From assembly GCA_963667015.2 (NCBI GenBank), contig CAXXJJ010000003.1, positions 1 through 64,000 on the forward strand: DNA of 64,000 bases. Reading direction: 5' to 3'. Position 1 is the first letter of the stretch. Each line of letters starts with the position of its first letter. The notes under the pieces were generated by a model, which made no database searches, was not told the origin of the DNA, and worked only from the letters and a program-made list of their open reading frames with translations. Below are positions 1-10,165 of the stretch, in pieces. The stretch is from Desulfatiglandales bacterium. GTDB taxonomy: Bacteria > Desulfobacterota > DSM-4660 > Desulfatiglandales > HGW-15. The position numbers and the translations under genes were made by a program.

Positions 1-132
1 GTGGTGTCTTGACAGGTGGTTTGCACGGCAATAATCGATTTGGCTCAGACCGCTTTCTTCCCATTGTTTAATATGATCAGCCCAGAATAATGCTTTCTCT
101 AGGTTCCTTTCTTTTATGTTTTTTTCTTCCAT
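1..132 (-). CDS. IS66 accessory protein TnpA-like, 5' part only
   Basis: Manual translation MEEKNIKERNLEKALFWADHIKQWEESGLSQIDYCRANHLSRHH; W..HI..W..SGLSQ..YCR pattern; AAGGAG RBS upstream. Confidence 0.7.
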   Translation of the reverse strand, partial: MEEKNIKERNLEKALFWADHIKQWEESGLSQIDYCRANHLSRHH

Positions 133-219
133 AATATGTCTTTCTCCTTCCTGGTGTATTCCAGAGAATCTTGACATATTTTTCTGTCCCTGAGAAGATG
201 TGCTTTATTTAGCGCTTAC
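1..219 (-). mobile_element. Left end of an IS66-family insertion sequence (continues out of the window)
   Basis: Minus strand from 219 reads GTAAGCGCTAAATAAAGCACATCTT, an IS66-type terminal repeat start, followed by a TnpA-like ORF. Confidence 0.65.
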
Positions 220-614
220 GAATCTTTTCGTGAAAAAATGGAACGTTGTCGTACCATTTGGTTTCAAGGCGCATACAAACGTGAAAACAATTTCGCTCAT
301 TGGATAAAACATTAAAGGGTCCATATAAAGGGGCAAGTCTCCTAATAGCTCATAGCGAATAAAGGGGTCCTATTAACTAATGAGGAGATAAGAAAGAGGG
401 ATATGGGGCTTGATAAGAGTTTAAATAAAAGGGTTGGATTATTGATCGATAAAATCTTCAAAGGTCAAAGGCAGATTTGCCCCCTTTTTATTATGTATCA
501 CTCATACTCCGCCGGGAGTGGAATTAGCCAATATTATATTATGGAAAAGAAAGATGGAAAGTGGACCAAATCCAGTATGTATATTGGTAGCGCTATATAT
601 TTAAGTTGATAAAT

Positions 615-681
615 CGCCAGCAATCTAATCAACCGGATTTGGCGAAAAGCTTTTCAAACCGGTTATCAGGCACGATTATAG
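615..681 (+). repeat. Degenerate attC-like site
   Basis: Inner arms AATCAACCGGATTTG / CAAACCGGTTATC pair with bulges; outer R boxes decayed (GCCAGC, GATTATA). Confidence 0.4.
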
Positions 682-730
682 GGCGATCGATTCACTGATA
701 TACTTCAGATTACATAAAATGAGTTAATAA

Positions 731-1501
731 ATGAAAATTGAAAAAATTCATCCAGAACTGAGAAAGACTGTCAGCCGTATTCTTCCCTTTCCATTTCATA
801 GTCGTACAGTTGTTGCCATACTCAACTTCCTACTAAATTTAGCTCCTAAAAAACGCTCTATAAATGGAGTGAAAATTACTGATAACCAGCTTGAGAATAC
901 TAACGTACGAATTTACCTACCTGCGGGCAAATTGTCGGGTGCAGGTTTATTATGGATTCACGGTGGCGGGTTTATAATTGGCAGGGCTTTTTTGAATGAC
1001 AAATTGTGTGCTGCCTATTCAGAAGATTTAAGTTTAGTTGTGGTCTCAGTAGATTATCGATTGGCACCAAAATTTCCGTTTCCTGCAGCAATTGATGATT
1101 GCTTTGAAGCTTGGCAGTGGTTTCAAAATGAAGCGCCTGATATGGGCGTGGACCCAAAACGGATTGCAATATCTGGCCAAAGTGCCGGCGGAGGTCTGGC
1201 AGCCGCCCTGGCTCAAAGAATATACGATGAGAGTGAGATTCAACCGGCGGCTCAAGCACTGTTCTGTCCCATGCTTGATGACCGAACAGCCGCTAATTAC
1301 GAGCTCGATTCGATTAACCACAGGATTTGGAATAACAAAAGTAATAGAGTTGGATGGTCGGCATATCTTGGGCATCCTCCTGGCATGCCTGAAGTTCCAG
1401 AATATGCTGTTCCATTGAGAAGAGAGAACCTTTCCGGGCTACCTCGTGCGTGGATCAGTGTCGGAGATATTGAACTTTTTTACGAGGAAGCTTGCCGGTA
1501 A
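731..1501 (+). pseudogene. HSL-family alpha/beta hydrolase (esterase), probably C-terminally truncated
   Basis: HGGG oxyanion motif, GQSAG nucleophile elbow, VDYRLAP; ends at ELFYEEACR before the segment that normally carries the catalytic His. Confidence 0.7.
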
Positions 1502-1512
1502 GGAGAAATGAA

Positions 1513-1956
1513 ATGAGGACAGTCTTAATATATATCACACTAGCTTTCTGTCTACTCCCCCTGTGGCTGGGTTCTGCGGTGGCGGGAGAAAACAGCGAAA
1601 AGGATCAGGACAAGCTGATAAACGCGTTGATGGAACGAGTTAAGCATCTTGAGGAGATAATAGGAGAGGATGAGAGCCCTTTTAGGACCAAGCCAGCTAT
1701 TAGAGAGAGATTAGACCGTATAGAGCGGGAATTTAGCGAGAGCAAGATTAAGTCGACCCCATCGGAATATGACCTGCGGCACGATTTAAGACAACTTAAT
1801 CAAGAAGTTCAGAATATTAGTCGACGGATTGAATACCTTGCAGTTCGGGTGGATCGCGCAGAGCAGGAAGCTGATGAAATGTTGAAGCCAGTAGATTTGT
1901 CAAATCTGCGGCGGGACATTGAACAATTACAGAGGAAACTTGATAATCTGAAATAG
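1513..1956 (+). CDS. Exported coiled-coil hypothetical protein
   Basis: AGGAGA RBS, hydrophobic signal peptide (MRTVLIYITLAFCLLPLWLGSAVA), heptad-rich body. Confidence 0.65.
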   Translation: MRTVLIYITLAFCLLPLWLGSAVAGENSEKDQDKLINALMERVKHLEEIIGEDESPFRTKPAIRERLDRIEREFSESKIKSTPSEYDLRHDLRQLNQEVQNISRRIEYLAVRVDRAEQEADEMLKPVDLSNLRRDIEQLQRKLDNLK

Positions 1957-1984
1957 AAGGTGAGCAAGATAAACTAAACCTAGG

Positions 1985-2172
1985 TAGTTTCCATCCATAA
2001 ACGGCTCTTTTTCATCCCGCTAAAAGCGGGACGTCAATCTGCGGAATGACTTGTGCGATGTACTAAAGTACATCTCCTCGCCATTCCTTGATTTCCTTGA
2101 TCTTGTAAAAAATATCTCGTTTATGAACTGGAAACCAATTAGTGCCTCAAAACAGTTTATGGATAGGCACTA
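1985..2172. mobile_element. MITE-like 188-bp element
   Basis: 18-bp imperfect terminal inverted repeats TAGTTTCCATCCATAAAC / GTTTATGGATAGGCACTA; internal hairpins; truncated second copy at 19731-19798. Confidence 0.65.
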
Positions 2173-2207
2173 ATTAAGGTGTTTGCTTTCAGTCCGGGGA
2201 TTAAACT

Positions 2208-2882
2208 ATGAAAAATGTGGATACAACCAGCTCACATGATCAAGAAGCTGCCCAATATGATCAGCAAGTTTACGAATACAATTGTTATAGCCATGACGCA
2301 CTCTTTGGTATGAGTTTTGAATATGTAAATCCCCGTGACCGCCTACTTGATATTGGAATAGGCACCGGGCTTGCTTCCCAGTCCTTCTCCAAAGTGGGGC
2401 TCGAAGTCTATGGGTGTGATAGTTCCACTGAAATGCTTAAAGTTTGTGAATCGAAAGCTTTTGCGAAGGAGCTTAAGGTCTTCGACTTACAAAACATACC
2501 TCTACCATATTCCGATAGCTTCTTTGACCATGTGATTTGTTGCGGTGTTCTTCACTTTTTTGATGGCCTGGAGACAGTCTTGAAAGAGGTATTGCGGATT
2601 ATCAAACCGGGAGGTATCTTCGCCTTTACTGTTGCCGCACAGACCTCCGGCGAAGAAGGGGCAACCGATGACAATCTGCAAGGTTATATTGAAATGCCTA
2701 CGCCTTGGGGTGTGCCCATCTTCAAACACAGTAATGGATATGTCACCAATCTTTTGCAGGCCAATGGTTTTGATATACTGAAAACTCAGAAACTCCTTAT
2801 ACGGGGTGGACCTGAAGACAATAGCGAGGATATGTTATTCAGAGTTTACGTCTCACGAGAAGCAGGTGCCGTACGTGCCTGA
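2208..2882 (+). CDS. Class I SAM-dependent methyltransferase
   Basis: LLDIGIGTG motif I, YGCDSS, FDHVICCGVLHF, IIKPGG. Confidence 0.9.
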   Translation: MKNVDTTSSHDQEAAQYDQQVYEYNCYSHDALFGMSFEYVNPRDRLLDIGIGTGLASQSFSKVGLEVYGCDSSTEMLKVCESKAFAKELKVFDLQNIPLPYSDSFFDHVICCGVLHFFDGLETVLKEVLRIIKPGGIFAFTVAAQTSGEEGATDDNLQGYIEMPTPWGVPIFKHSNGYVTNLLQANGFDILKTQKLLIRGGPEDNSEDMLFRVYVSREAGAVRA

Positions 2883-3001
2883 CAATGAATGAAAATTCAA
2901 CAAGGGATTGGTGAAATCTGAGTGGGGTCTTTTTTGTTTTTCGCATAGCATCACGGCGCGGTTTGTTATTTGTGCAGTTATTTGCTAAGAAAGGAGCAAT
3001 T

Positions 3002-3322
3002 ATGTGGGGATGGAAAACTGTTGAGCGTTCAATTAATAATGATATCCCATTCGATGATGTAAAGAAGTATATTATTCATGAACTCAACTTTTTCGAAAAG
3101 GAGATTAATGATTCATATAGTATCTTCAAACGTTCCGGCACGCAATTAACATTCAAAGGTGATAAATTCCCAATTGAATTAGCCCTTGGAAAAACAGATC
3201 ATGGGTGTTTTTTTCAACTGAGGTATGATGGCTTTGCTTTATTTGATACAGGCGATCTTTCAATGTTTGCCGATAAAATCGTTGAAAGTCTGACAAAGCC
3301 ATTGGAATTAAAAAGCATATAA
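3002..3322 (+). CDS. Hypothetical protein (integron cassette gene)
   Basis: AAGGAG RBS before ATG 3002; bounded by GTTATTTGCT (2977) and a downstream attC. Confidence 0.7.
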   Translation: MWGWKTVERSINNDIPFDDVKKYIIHELNFFEKEINDSYSIFKRSGTQLTFKGDKFPIELALGKTDHGCFFQLRYDGFALFDTGDLSMFADKIVESLTKPLELKSI

Positions 3323-3446
3323 CCCTTCAATTAAGGGGGTTTGCTGGTTTTTCTTGACGATTGGGATCCAAAAATATCAATGGTATTCATACTTTGACGG
3401 CCATCGGCACCATTAACCAGCCAACCCCTTATCGCAAACGTTGCGC
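3317..3446 (+). repeat. attC site (130 bp)
   Basis: R'' ATATAAC overlapping the stop; arms TAAGGGGGTTTGCTGGTT / AACCAGCCAACCCCTTA; R' GTTGCGC at 3440. Confidence 0.8.
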
Positions 3447-3469
3447 GAACAGGAAATGTGAACATATAG

Positions 3470-3934
3470 ATGATAACCATCAGACAGATTTCGGAAAAAG
3501 AAGTACCGATGAGTATGTTGCTTCATGCAGACCCCTCAGAAAAATGTATTGATAAATATCTTCCCGGATCGAAATGCTTTGGCGCATTTATTGAAGACTC
3601 TTTAGTTGGCGTGTGTGTAACAAATTCGCATGATGCTGATGCATGGGAAATATATAATATTGTTGTGATTCCAGAAAAACAGAAACAAGGGTTTGGGAAA
3701 AAACTTCTTGAATTTGTAATCAATTATTTTGAAGAGATAGGTGCAAAGTCGCTTGAATTAGGTACTGGCACATTTGGTTATCAATTGTTGTTTTATCAAC
3801 GATTTGGATTCAGAGTTGAAAGTATTAGGAAAAATTTCTTTGTTGATAATTATTCCGAACCTATTTACGAAGAAGGCATACAACTCAAAGACATGCTCAG
3901 ATTAAGCCTAAAAATTAACTGGCCGAGCACATAA
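3470..3934 (+). CDS. GNAT N-acetyltransferase (cassette gene)
   Basis: NIVVIPEKQKQGFGKKLL acetyl-CoA motif A; FYQRFGF motif B. Confidence 0.9.
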   Translation: MITIRQISEKEVPMSMLLHADPSEKCIDKYLPGSKCFGAFIEDSLVGVCVTNSHDADAWEIYNIVVIPEKQKQGFGKKLLEFVINYFEEIGAKSLELGTGTFGYQLLFYQRFGFRVESIRKNFFVDNYSEPIYEEGIQLKDMLRLSLKINWPST

Positions 3935-4003
3935 CCAGCGCGTCCATGGGACAACCAACCGCGCTGTCGCGCAGCCGGCCACCCCTGAAGCGCAGCGTTA
4001 AAA
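3929..4003 (+). repeat. attC site (75 bp)
   Basis: R'' ACATAAC overlapping the stop; arms GCGCGTCCATGGG / CCCCTGAAGCGC; R' GTTAAAA at 3997. Confidence 0.75.
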
Positions 4004-4197
4004 GCTGAAATGGAATAGGTGTCACATGCTATTTGGTAAAAATGCTCATATGAGCAAATTTACCAAATGGCAATATCAAAAATAAAAATCCGGGCAATAA
4101 AATCCCTATTTGGGGAAAATGCCAATTTCAGCAAAATCCCCAAATAGAAAAAGATTTTGTCTGTTTTAACCAAGGAGAATTAGCCCAATTCTATTAT

Positions 4198-4986
4198 TTG
4201 GCGGGAGAATTGCATAAAAAAGTAAAGGATGGGGTTAGAAATGTAGATCGTAAGTCTTTAGAACAAAAATGTAATAAATTAAGGTTTACACTCTACAATG
4301 AATTAGCTGGAAAGGAAGGAATATATGACATCTGTTCGGAGCATATACAAAAATATTTTTCTAAAAGGTCTGATTTTAATGTTCGAATATGTATAAAAGC
4401 ACAAGATAAAGACGGTTTTTTTTATGATTATTACAGATATAATGCACCTCAAAGTCCTAAAAAATGCAGGTCTGATCAAAATACTGGAATAAATGAAATA
4501 GTAAAAATGGGAAGATATTATCTTTGCAATAACATTCCCAATGATGTAAAAAATGAGGAATATAAAAACCCAAGATTAAATGGAAAAGATGCTAGACAAC
4601 ATATGTTGAAATATGGGGAGATTAGGGATCAAAAAACATGGAAGAATTACTGGTATCGCTTTAATGATCAAGGAGAAAAAGTTTTTTTCGATGAATCAAG
4701 TTATATGTCCACTCTGATAATACCAATGACTTTGCTAAATAATAAAAATCTTGATGAGAATTTTCGAAGTCATTTTAAGATTCCTGTAAAAAGTGAGGAC
4801 GAGAATCACAGGGCTATTTATGCTCTCTTATGTTTAGATCATGTCGAAAGTAATTTTTTTATTGAGGAGTTGGATGCGACTGTAGGATATATATTCGCTG
4901 ATATAATGTCTTTGTACTTAATAAGTTATTTAATGTATGTAGATTTTTCAGGAACATTTAAAAAAGCTCATACCATCGTAGAATAA
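4198..4986 (+). CDS. Hypothetical protein with GAF-like C-terminal half
   Basis: 262-aa AT-rich ORF; STLIIPM...YALLCLD...F...VGYIFAD pattern resembles GAF strands; start uncertain. Confidence 0.55.
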   Translation: MAGELHKKVKDGVRNVDRKSLEQKCNKLRFTLYNELAGKEGIYDICSEHIQKYFSKRSDFNVRICIKAQDKDGFFYDYYRYNAPQSPKKCRSDQNTGINEIVKMGRYYLCNNIPNDVKNEEYKNPRLNGKDARQHMLKYGEIRDQKTWKNYWYRFNDQGEKVFFDESSYMSTLIIPMTLLNNKNLDENFRSHFKIPVKSEDENHRAIYALLCLDHVESNFFIEELDATVGYIFADIMSLYLISYLMYVDFSGTFKKAHTIVE

Positions 4987-5006
4987 ATAAAATAAAGAGG
5001 ATATTT

Positions 5007-5189
5007 ATGGATAATACAAAAATAAAAGAGACTTATAATAATCATGTAGTTCCTTGTGATGCATTTGATCTTGCACAAGAGCGATTTATTCAAAGATATG
5101 GGAGATTAATTGAGCCAATTTATAGTACGGACAATGATATTAAGCAAGGATCTTCTTTAGAAAAAAAATCTAAATCAAATGAAAAGTAA
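5007..5189 (+). CDS. Small hypothetical protein
   Basis: AGAGGA RBS, directly downstream of and co-oriented with 4198-4986. Confidence 0.45.
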   Translation: MDNTKIKETYNNHVVPCDAFDLAQERFIQRYGRLIEPIYSTDNDIKQGSSLEKKSKSNEK

Positions 5190-5506
5190 AATTAAATAGC
5201 TTCCTGCCATTGTTTAGAAAAGTAATTAAAGTAACACATTCTAATATATACTGTACAATCCTGCATTTCGATATTATTCACCCCATGCACACTATGCATA
5301 GAGGCAAAATAAAGCCAGTGGATCATAAATACGCTGTAACTTTAATAAGTTATAGATAATTTAATTCGATGATTGACCTGAATGTCTCCTTAATATATGG
5401 AAGCCAAGTTTTCTAATCTCTGAACCTATGGGAAAATGGATATTGAAGGATAATAATGCGTATAACTGCGTGATATACCTTATTCTATGCGTTAAGATTA
5501 ATTAAG

Positions 5507-5561
5507 TTTCCAGCTACCAAATAGCTACCTTACAAAACTTACTGCATGCTAAGTATCTGAT
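5507..5561 (+). repeat. 55-bp direct repeat, copy 1 (integrase arm-site-like AGCTACC-AAAT-AGCTACC)
   Basis: 53/55 identical to 12984-13038. Confidence 0.9.
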
Positions 5562-5665
5562 ATCATTAACTGCATGAAGAGCATAAAATGCATGAAAAGA
5601 AAATCAACGAAAAGGAAATACGTAATAATATAAATAGGTTATAGGTTGTTTTGCATCGTAAAATC

Positions 5666-5687
5666 TCTGCTTTGGGAGCAGGATGCC
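5666..5687 (+). other. tRNA-Pro(TGG) anticodon-arm fragment, probable att core remnant
   Basis: TCTGC-TTTGGGA-GCAGG-ATGCC with no remaining tRNA sequence, ~105 bp after the arm-like repeat. Confidence 0.55.
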
Positions 5688-5771
5688 ATAGGGTAATTTT
5701 ATTAAAAATAGATTATGATAGCTCTAATAATATAGTATTGATTAGACATTCCAATATTTTTATTAGTAATG

Positions 5772-6611
5772 TGGATATACCGGTTAAAAAATCCACCCTG
5801 TCCGGAAGGTTGGTTCCAATGAATCCGGGTATGGGGTTCCAATGGTTCCGGTGAGGAACCGGTAAAACTTTTTTTTAAATGCTGTATGTTCCATGGAATC
5901 AGGATGAGGATTCCATTTTTAAACGGATAGCGAAGCTAAAAAAATAATAAAAAAATAAAACGTAAAACACCAACGTCATTAAATTTTATTCAGATCGATA
6001 ACAGAGGCTGTATTTCCTGTCTATTCGGTTTCTACCTGGTCTCTTTGTTTCCTGATGGTATGTAGGCAGCACGTTTTTTTCTGAACAATCCTAATAATGA
6101 AAAAAGAACTGAGAATACATGAGAGGCAGCTCATTGCTCTGACTGCATTCTTCACAGTACTCATTCCACAGAAGCTTTAGTGTTAACCCGTTTCGCATCA
6201 TTTCCCTGGCTATGTATTCATAATCAGGGTGTTTACGTGATGACTCTCTGGAGGTTTTTTCCGGGAACAGTTGCTTTTTCAGTTCAGCATCAGTGCTCTC
6301 AGCATTTAAGGGCCATTCAATTTGTAGTTCCTTTGCTCGATTAAGCACATTGCGTACTGTCTTTCTTGAGCATCCACAGCTTTTAGCTGTACCGCTTTGG
6401 TTGATCCCAAGACTATGCAGTCTAAGGATCTCACGATATTTGGTCATATAGGTGACCTCCTCTATAATGAATTTACATCAAATCTTGATACATTTACTCA
6501 TTATAGAGGTTCATAATTGGATTGGAACTACCCCGGATTGGTTGGGACTTTTCACCGGAACGATTGGAACCAATGGCCGGACTCATGGGGAAATCGGACC
6601 CGGAATATCCA
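5772..6611 (-). mobile_element. Internally deleted IS21-family element (840 bp)
   Basis: TG...CA ends TGGATATACCGG / CCGGAATATCCA; several internal GGTTCCAAT repeats at both ends; GTAATG duplicated at 5766-5771 and 6612-6617. Confidence 0.85.
6091..6447 (-). pseudogene. istA: IS21 transposase IstA N-terminal fragment
   Basis: YREILRL..LG HTH, PDYEYIAREM..GLTLKLLWNEY, YSQF; DDE domain and istB are absent. Confidence 0.85.
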
Positions 6612-6624
6612 GTAATGGAGATCT

Positions 6625-7911
6625 CTAAATATCACTGACCATAGCAGATAACTTTTTAGCTAAGGACGCTAATTCTTCTGCCTTGGATGTCAATTTGGAG
6701 CTATTTTGGGCAATCTGGCTCGCAGACTCATGCACAACAGTAATATCTTCAGCAATTTCTGTTGATACCGAAGAACTCTGGTTTATGTTGTCGTTTATCT
6801 CGGCGAACCTGGAAGAGGCATTCGCGACATTTTTGGATATTTCCTGACTTGTAACAGACTGCTCTTCAACAGCAGAAGCAATAGAAGAAACAATATCATT
6901 AATATCATTTATCCCATCTGATATGTTCTCAATTTCAGAGACGGTACCGTCGGTTGAAGTCTGAATACCTTCAACTGTTCGTTTGATTTCTTCAGTAGCA
7001 TCAGATGTTTGCTTTGCAAGTTCTTTTATCTCGGCGGCAACAATAGCAAACCCTTTACCGGATTCTCCTGCTCTGGCGGCTTCAATGGTGGCATTTAATG
7101 CCAACAAATTTGTTTGATCTGAAATGTCTGAGATGATTTCGGTAACACTGGCTATCTTATTTGCTGATTCTCCAAGTTTGCTTACTTGAACAGACGCATT
7201 CTTCCCCTGCTCCACAGCAAGGTTTGTCATACTTCGTGCGTTTTCAGAATTTTTTGCAATTTCACCAATGGTTGCATTCATTTCTTCAACTGCTGAGGCT
7301 ACATGGTTCATGTTCATCGTTGTTTCTTCCATGGCGCTGGACATGGATTGCATATTTGAACTCATCTCTTCAGATGCTGCCGCCACAGAATCAGATCTTT
7401 GTGACATATCAAAAGAATTTTGTTCAAACTGCTTTGATACTTCAAGCAAAGACTCAGAGGATGGTGTTAAGATCTTAGCAGTTTCTGATAATTGTTTAAT
7501 TGAATCGACATTGGTGACCAATTCCACATGACCAATATTTTTCCCAGTGTCATCCTTGATATAGTGTGTATCGACCTGCATATATGTGCTGGGTGCATCA
7601 GGATACTCTTGATTATAATGAGTCGTCTGCTGCCCATTCCGAAGGCAGCTGATCCCACAGTTTTCTGTCTCACAGATATCGGCTTGCCAATTTGAACAAT
7701 GTTTACCAATTACACTTCTTTTATCCAAATTATGTTGGGCTAATAATGTTTCCGTAACCTTGTTAATAAATACCCATTTCATATTCATATCTGTCGTAGT
7801 CACTGGGAAAGCCATTGCATCCAATGATCCTTCCAAGTAGAAAATCAATCGTTGCTTGTTGTAATTCAGCTTTAGAAGGATGAGGTTCATCACACTTAAT
7901 ATAATGGCAAG
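6625..7911 (-). pseudogene. Methyl-accepting chemotaxis protein with Cys-rich PAS domain, 3' part (interrupted by RIT element)
   Basis: [35 protein letters not shown] hairpin; PAS with [14 protein letters not shown]; joins in frame to 12330-12464. Confidence 0.9.
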
Positions 7912-8112
7912 CTATGTTGTGAGATTGGTTATGTTGTGTGTTTTAATTCCCTCCATATAATTCATCATTTAATTCCAAAAGAAAGATTAAGTATCCATTT
8001 TATTCATCTAATTTCTCATCATTTAGCTTTCCAATACAAAGCGTCCCTCTATGCATACCAGTCCATTTTAATCTAAAGTCGTTTTTTCACCTTGATAACA
8101 AGGGAGGGAACG

Positions 8113-8523
8113 ATGCATGAGGAGAATGTTTTAAAGAAGCGGCCTTGCAGGATCTGTAGGCGCTGGTTTATGCCTAACTCAAGAGTGAAAGACCGCCAAA
8201 TGACCTGTGGTGACCCTGGATGTAAGAAGGAATGGCATAGAAGGAAGTGCAGAGAGTGGAACAGAAAGAACTCCGACTATTTTCGAGCCAATTACCTTCA
8301 AAAGAAACTCAATGCAGCCTGCCAGTCCGGAACCCCTTCCTCACTCCAGTCAAAGACCCGGTTAAAATCCGGACTACCCCATTTGTTAGTTCAAGAGGTG
8401 ATAAGCATTCAACATCTTATAATCGTTGAGTATTTCGGACAACTGCTCTTCAGACGATTTCAAGAGGTGTTACGAGCTCAACTAACTGTTATGACAAGGA
8501 AAATAGATCGACTACCCCCTTAA
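8113..8523 (+). CDS. Cys-rich (zinc-finger-like) hypothetical protein inside the RIT element
   Basis: RPCRICRRWF...RQMTCGDPGC; GGAGGG RBS before ATG 8113. Confidence 0.7.
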   Translation: MHEENVLKKRPCRICRRWFMPNSRVKDRQMTCGDPGCKKEWHRRKCREWNRKNSDYFRANYLQKKLNAACQSGTPSSLQSKTRLKSGLPHLLVQEVISIQHLIIVEYFGQLLFRRFQEVLRAQLTVMTRKIDRLPP

Positions 8524-8589
8524 ATGTTTTCAAGATGTGATCGACTCTTTCCTGGATTTGCAGGTATATTTACCTGAAAAACTCAGGAG

Positions 8590-8997
8590 TTGACTATGAT
8601 AAAGAAAAAGATTCTCAACCCGAATCGAATCAGACATATTGAAGGAGGGTTCGGTTTTTTACCTCACCGACTTCTGACTGATGAGTTTCTTGCGTACATG
8701 GAACAGGAAGAGATCCTGTTATACTCCTTCCTCATACTTGCTGCAGATAGATATGGGTTATCTTTCTACTCCTATGATGCCATTTGTTCTTTGCTCCGGC
8801 TTTCTATGGATGAGTATATTGAAGCCCGGGATGGGCTCTTAAAGAAAGATTTAATTGCCTTTGACGGAACACTTTATCAGGTACTTTCCCTGCCTCCGAA
8901 ACCATTATGGGAAAAAACTTTACATAAAGGCCAGAGTAATTCAAGAGTCAGCGGGCTGATACAGGAATCACTTTTGGAGGTTCAAAGTGATCCTTGA
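8590..8997 (+). CDS. Putative helix-turn-helix protein inside the RIT element
   Basis: CAGGAG RBS; LLYSFL..AADRYGLSFYSYDAICSLL pattern resembles wHTH proteins of mobile elements; overlaps the next gene. Confidence 0.7.
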   Translation: MTMIKKKILNPNRIRHIEGGFGFLPHRLLTDEFLAYMEQEEILLYSFLILAADRYGLSFYSYDAICSLLRLSMDEYIEARDGLLKKDLIAFDGTLYQVLSLPPKPLWEKTLHKGQSNSRVSGLIQESLLEVQSDP

Positions 8998-10165
8998 AGA
9001 CAGCCGGAGATTAATGGACTCGATCCGGGATTATATGCATTGGGTCAAATCAATTGAGAAGGAAAAGGGGAGCAGATCCCATAAGCGTTACAAGCATATC
9101 CTGATCGACTTTCTCTTCTATGTAATCCATAAAGATATAATATGGGAAAACATATTTACTAATGGTACTGCAGAAGCCTTTCAAATATATAGCGGTTATA
9201 AGAATGCCTATTCTGCACTTAGGTCGTTATCAGACTATCTTTTCAGCCGGGGAGTTATCGATCATACCCTGAATCAAAAAAATGCTGCGCCACCTTTACC
9301 GGATATTTATGAAGAATACCTCCTTCATCACTCTCAATCTCTTGACAGTTCTCCTACACACATCAAACGGATCAGGAGGGTTCTGAGCTCATTCCATGAG
9401 TATCTGGAAAAAAATGACATCTCCCTTTCAAAGCTTAAAATCGAACATTGCGATGCCTTCATGGCAACATTCAAGGTGTCGGACTATAGCCGCAGGCTCT
9501 ATCGTTATTGCCTCAGAGGTTTTTTAAAGCACCTCTATCATGAAAAGAAGATTATCATAAGGGATTTAGCCCCGTTTCTTGTCGGCCCTCCTCAATTTGC
9601 CCAGAAAAGGCTGCCAAGGTTTTTACGTCCAAAGCAGGTAAAAGAACTCTTTGCCTCCCTGGAGCTTTCCACACCCACACAAATGAGAACCTATGCCCTG
9701 ATACACCTGGCTTACTCTCTGGGTCTCAGGCCTGCGGAGATCAGTAAGATTACGTTAGATGATATCTTTTTCCAGCAGAGAAAACTCACCCTCCAGGAAA
9801 GAAAAGGAGGGGATGTCATCACCCTGCCTGTACCTGAAAACACCATTAAGGCTATTGCTCTTTATATCTCTAAAGGAAGACCGAAGGGCTCATCAAAATA
9901 TCTGTTTCTTAATCATCACTTTCCCTTTCATCCTATGAAAGCCAATAACGTTGTCGGATCTATAGCAAGGGCCATGAAACAGGCCGGACTCCCCTCATCT
10001 GCTTACTGGCTCAGGCACACTTATGCACAGAATCTTCTCCATATGGGCCGATCCATTTATGAGGTAAAAGAAATGATGGGGCACCAGAACATACAGTCAA
10101 CCCACAGATATCTTCATATCAGTACAGAGCTTATGAGAAAGGTCATATTCAATGAAGAACTTTGA
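8987..10165 (+). CDS. Tyrosine recombinase, RitA-like
   Basis: GLRPAEI, YWLRHTYA, MGHQNIQSTHRY. Confidence 0.92.
   Translation: MILEDSRRLMDSIRDYMHWVKSIEKEKGSRSHKRYKHILIDFLFYVIHKDIIWENIFTNGTAEAFQIYSGYKNAYSALRSLSDYLFSRGVIDHTLNQKNAAPPLPDIYEEYLLHHSQSLDSSPTHIKRIRRVLSSFHEYLEKNDISLSKLKIEHCDAFMATFKVSDYSRRLYRYCLRGFLKHLYHEKKIIIRDLAPFLVGPPQFAQKRLPRFLRPKQVKELFASLELSTPTQMRTYALIHLAYSLGLRPAEISKITLDDIFFQQRKLTLQERKGGDVITLPVPENTIKAIALYISKGRPKGSSKYLFLNHHFPFHPMKANNVVGSIARAMKQAGLPSSAYWLRHTYAQNLLHMGRSIYEVKEMMGHQNIQSTHRYLHISTELMRKVIFNEEL

Noticed and set aside
240..278. Second IS end (minus strand TGTATGCGCC..., IS21-like)
   Set aside because: Only a short resemblance with no partner end or transposase in view.
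403..609. 68-aa ORF as a real gene
   Set aside because: No recognisable motif; may be the 3' remnant of a cassette gene before the decayed attC.
5780..5860. CRISPR-like short repeats (GGTTCCAAT)
   Set aside because: Too short, no unique spacers, mirrored at the other end of the element: IS21 terminal binding repeats. No CRISPR array or cas gene seen in the window.
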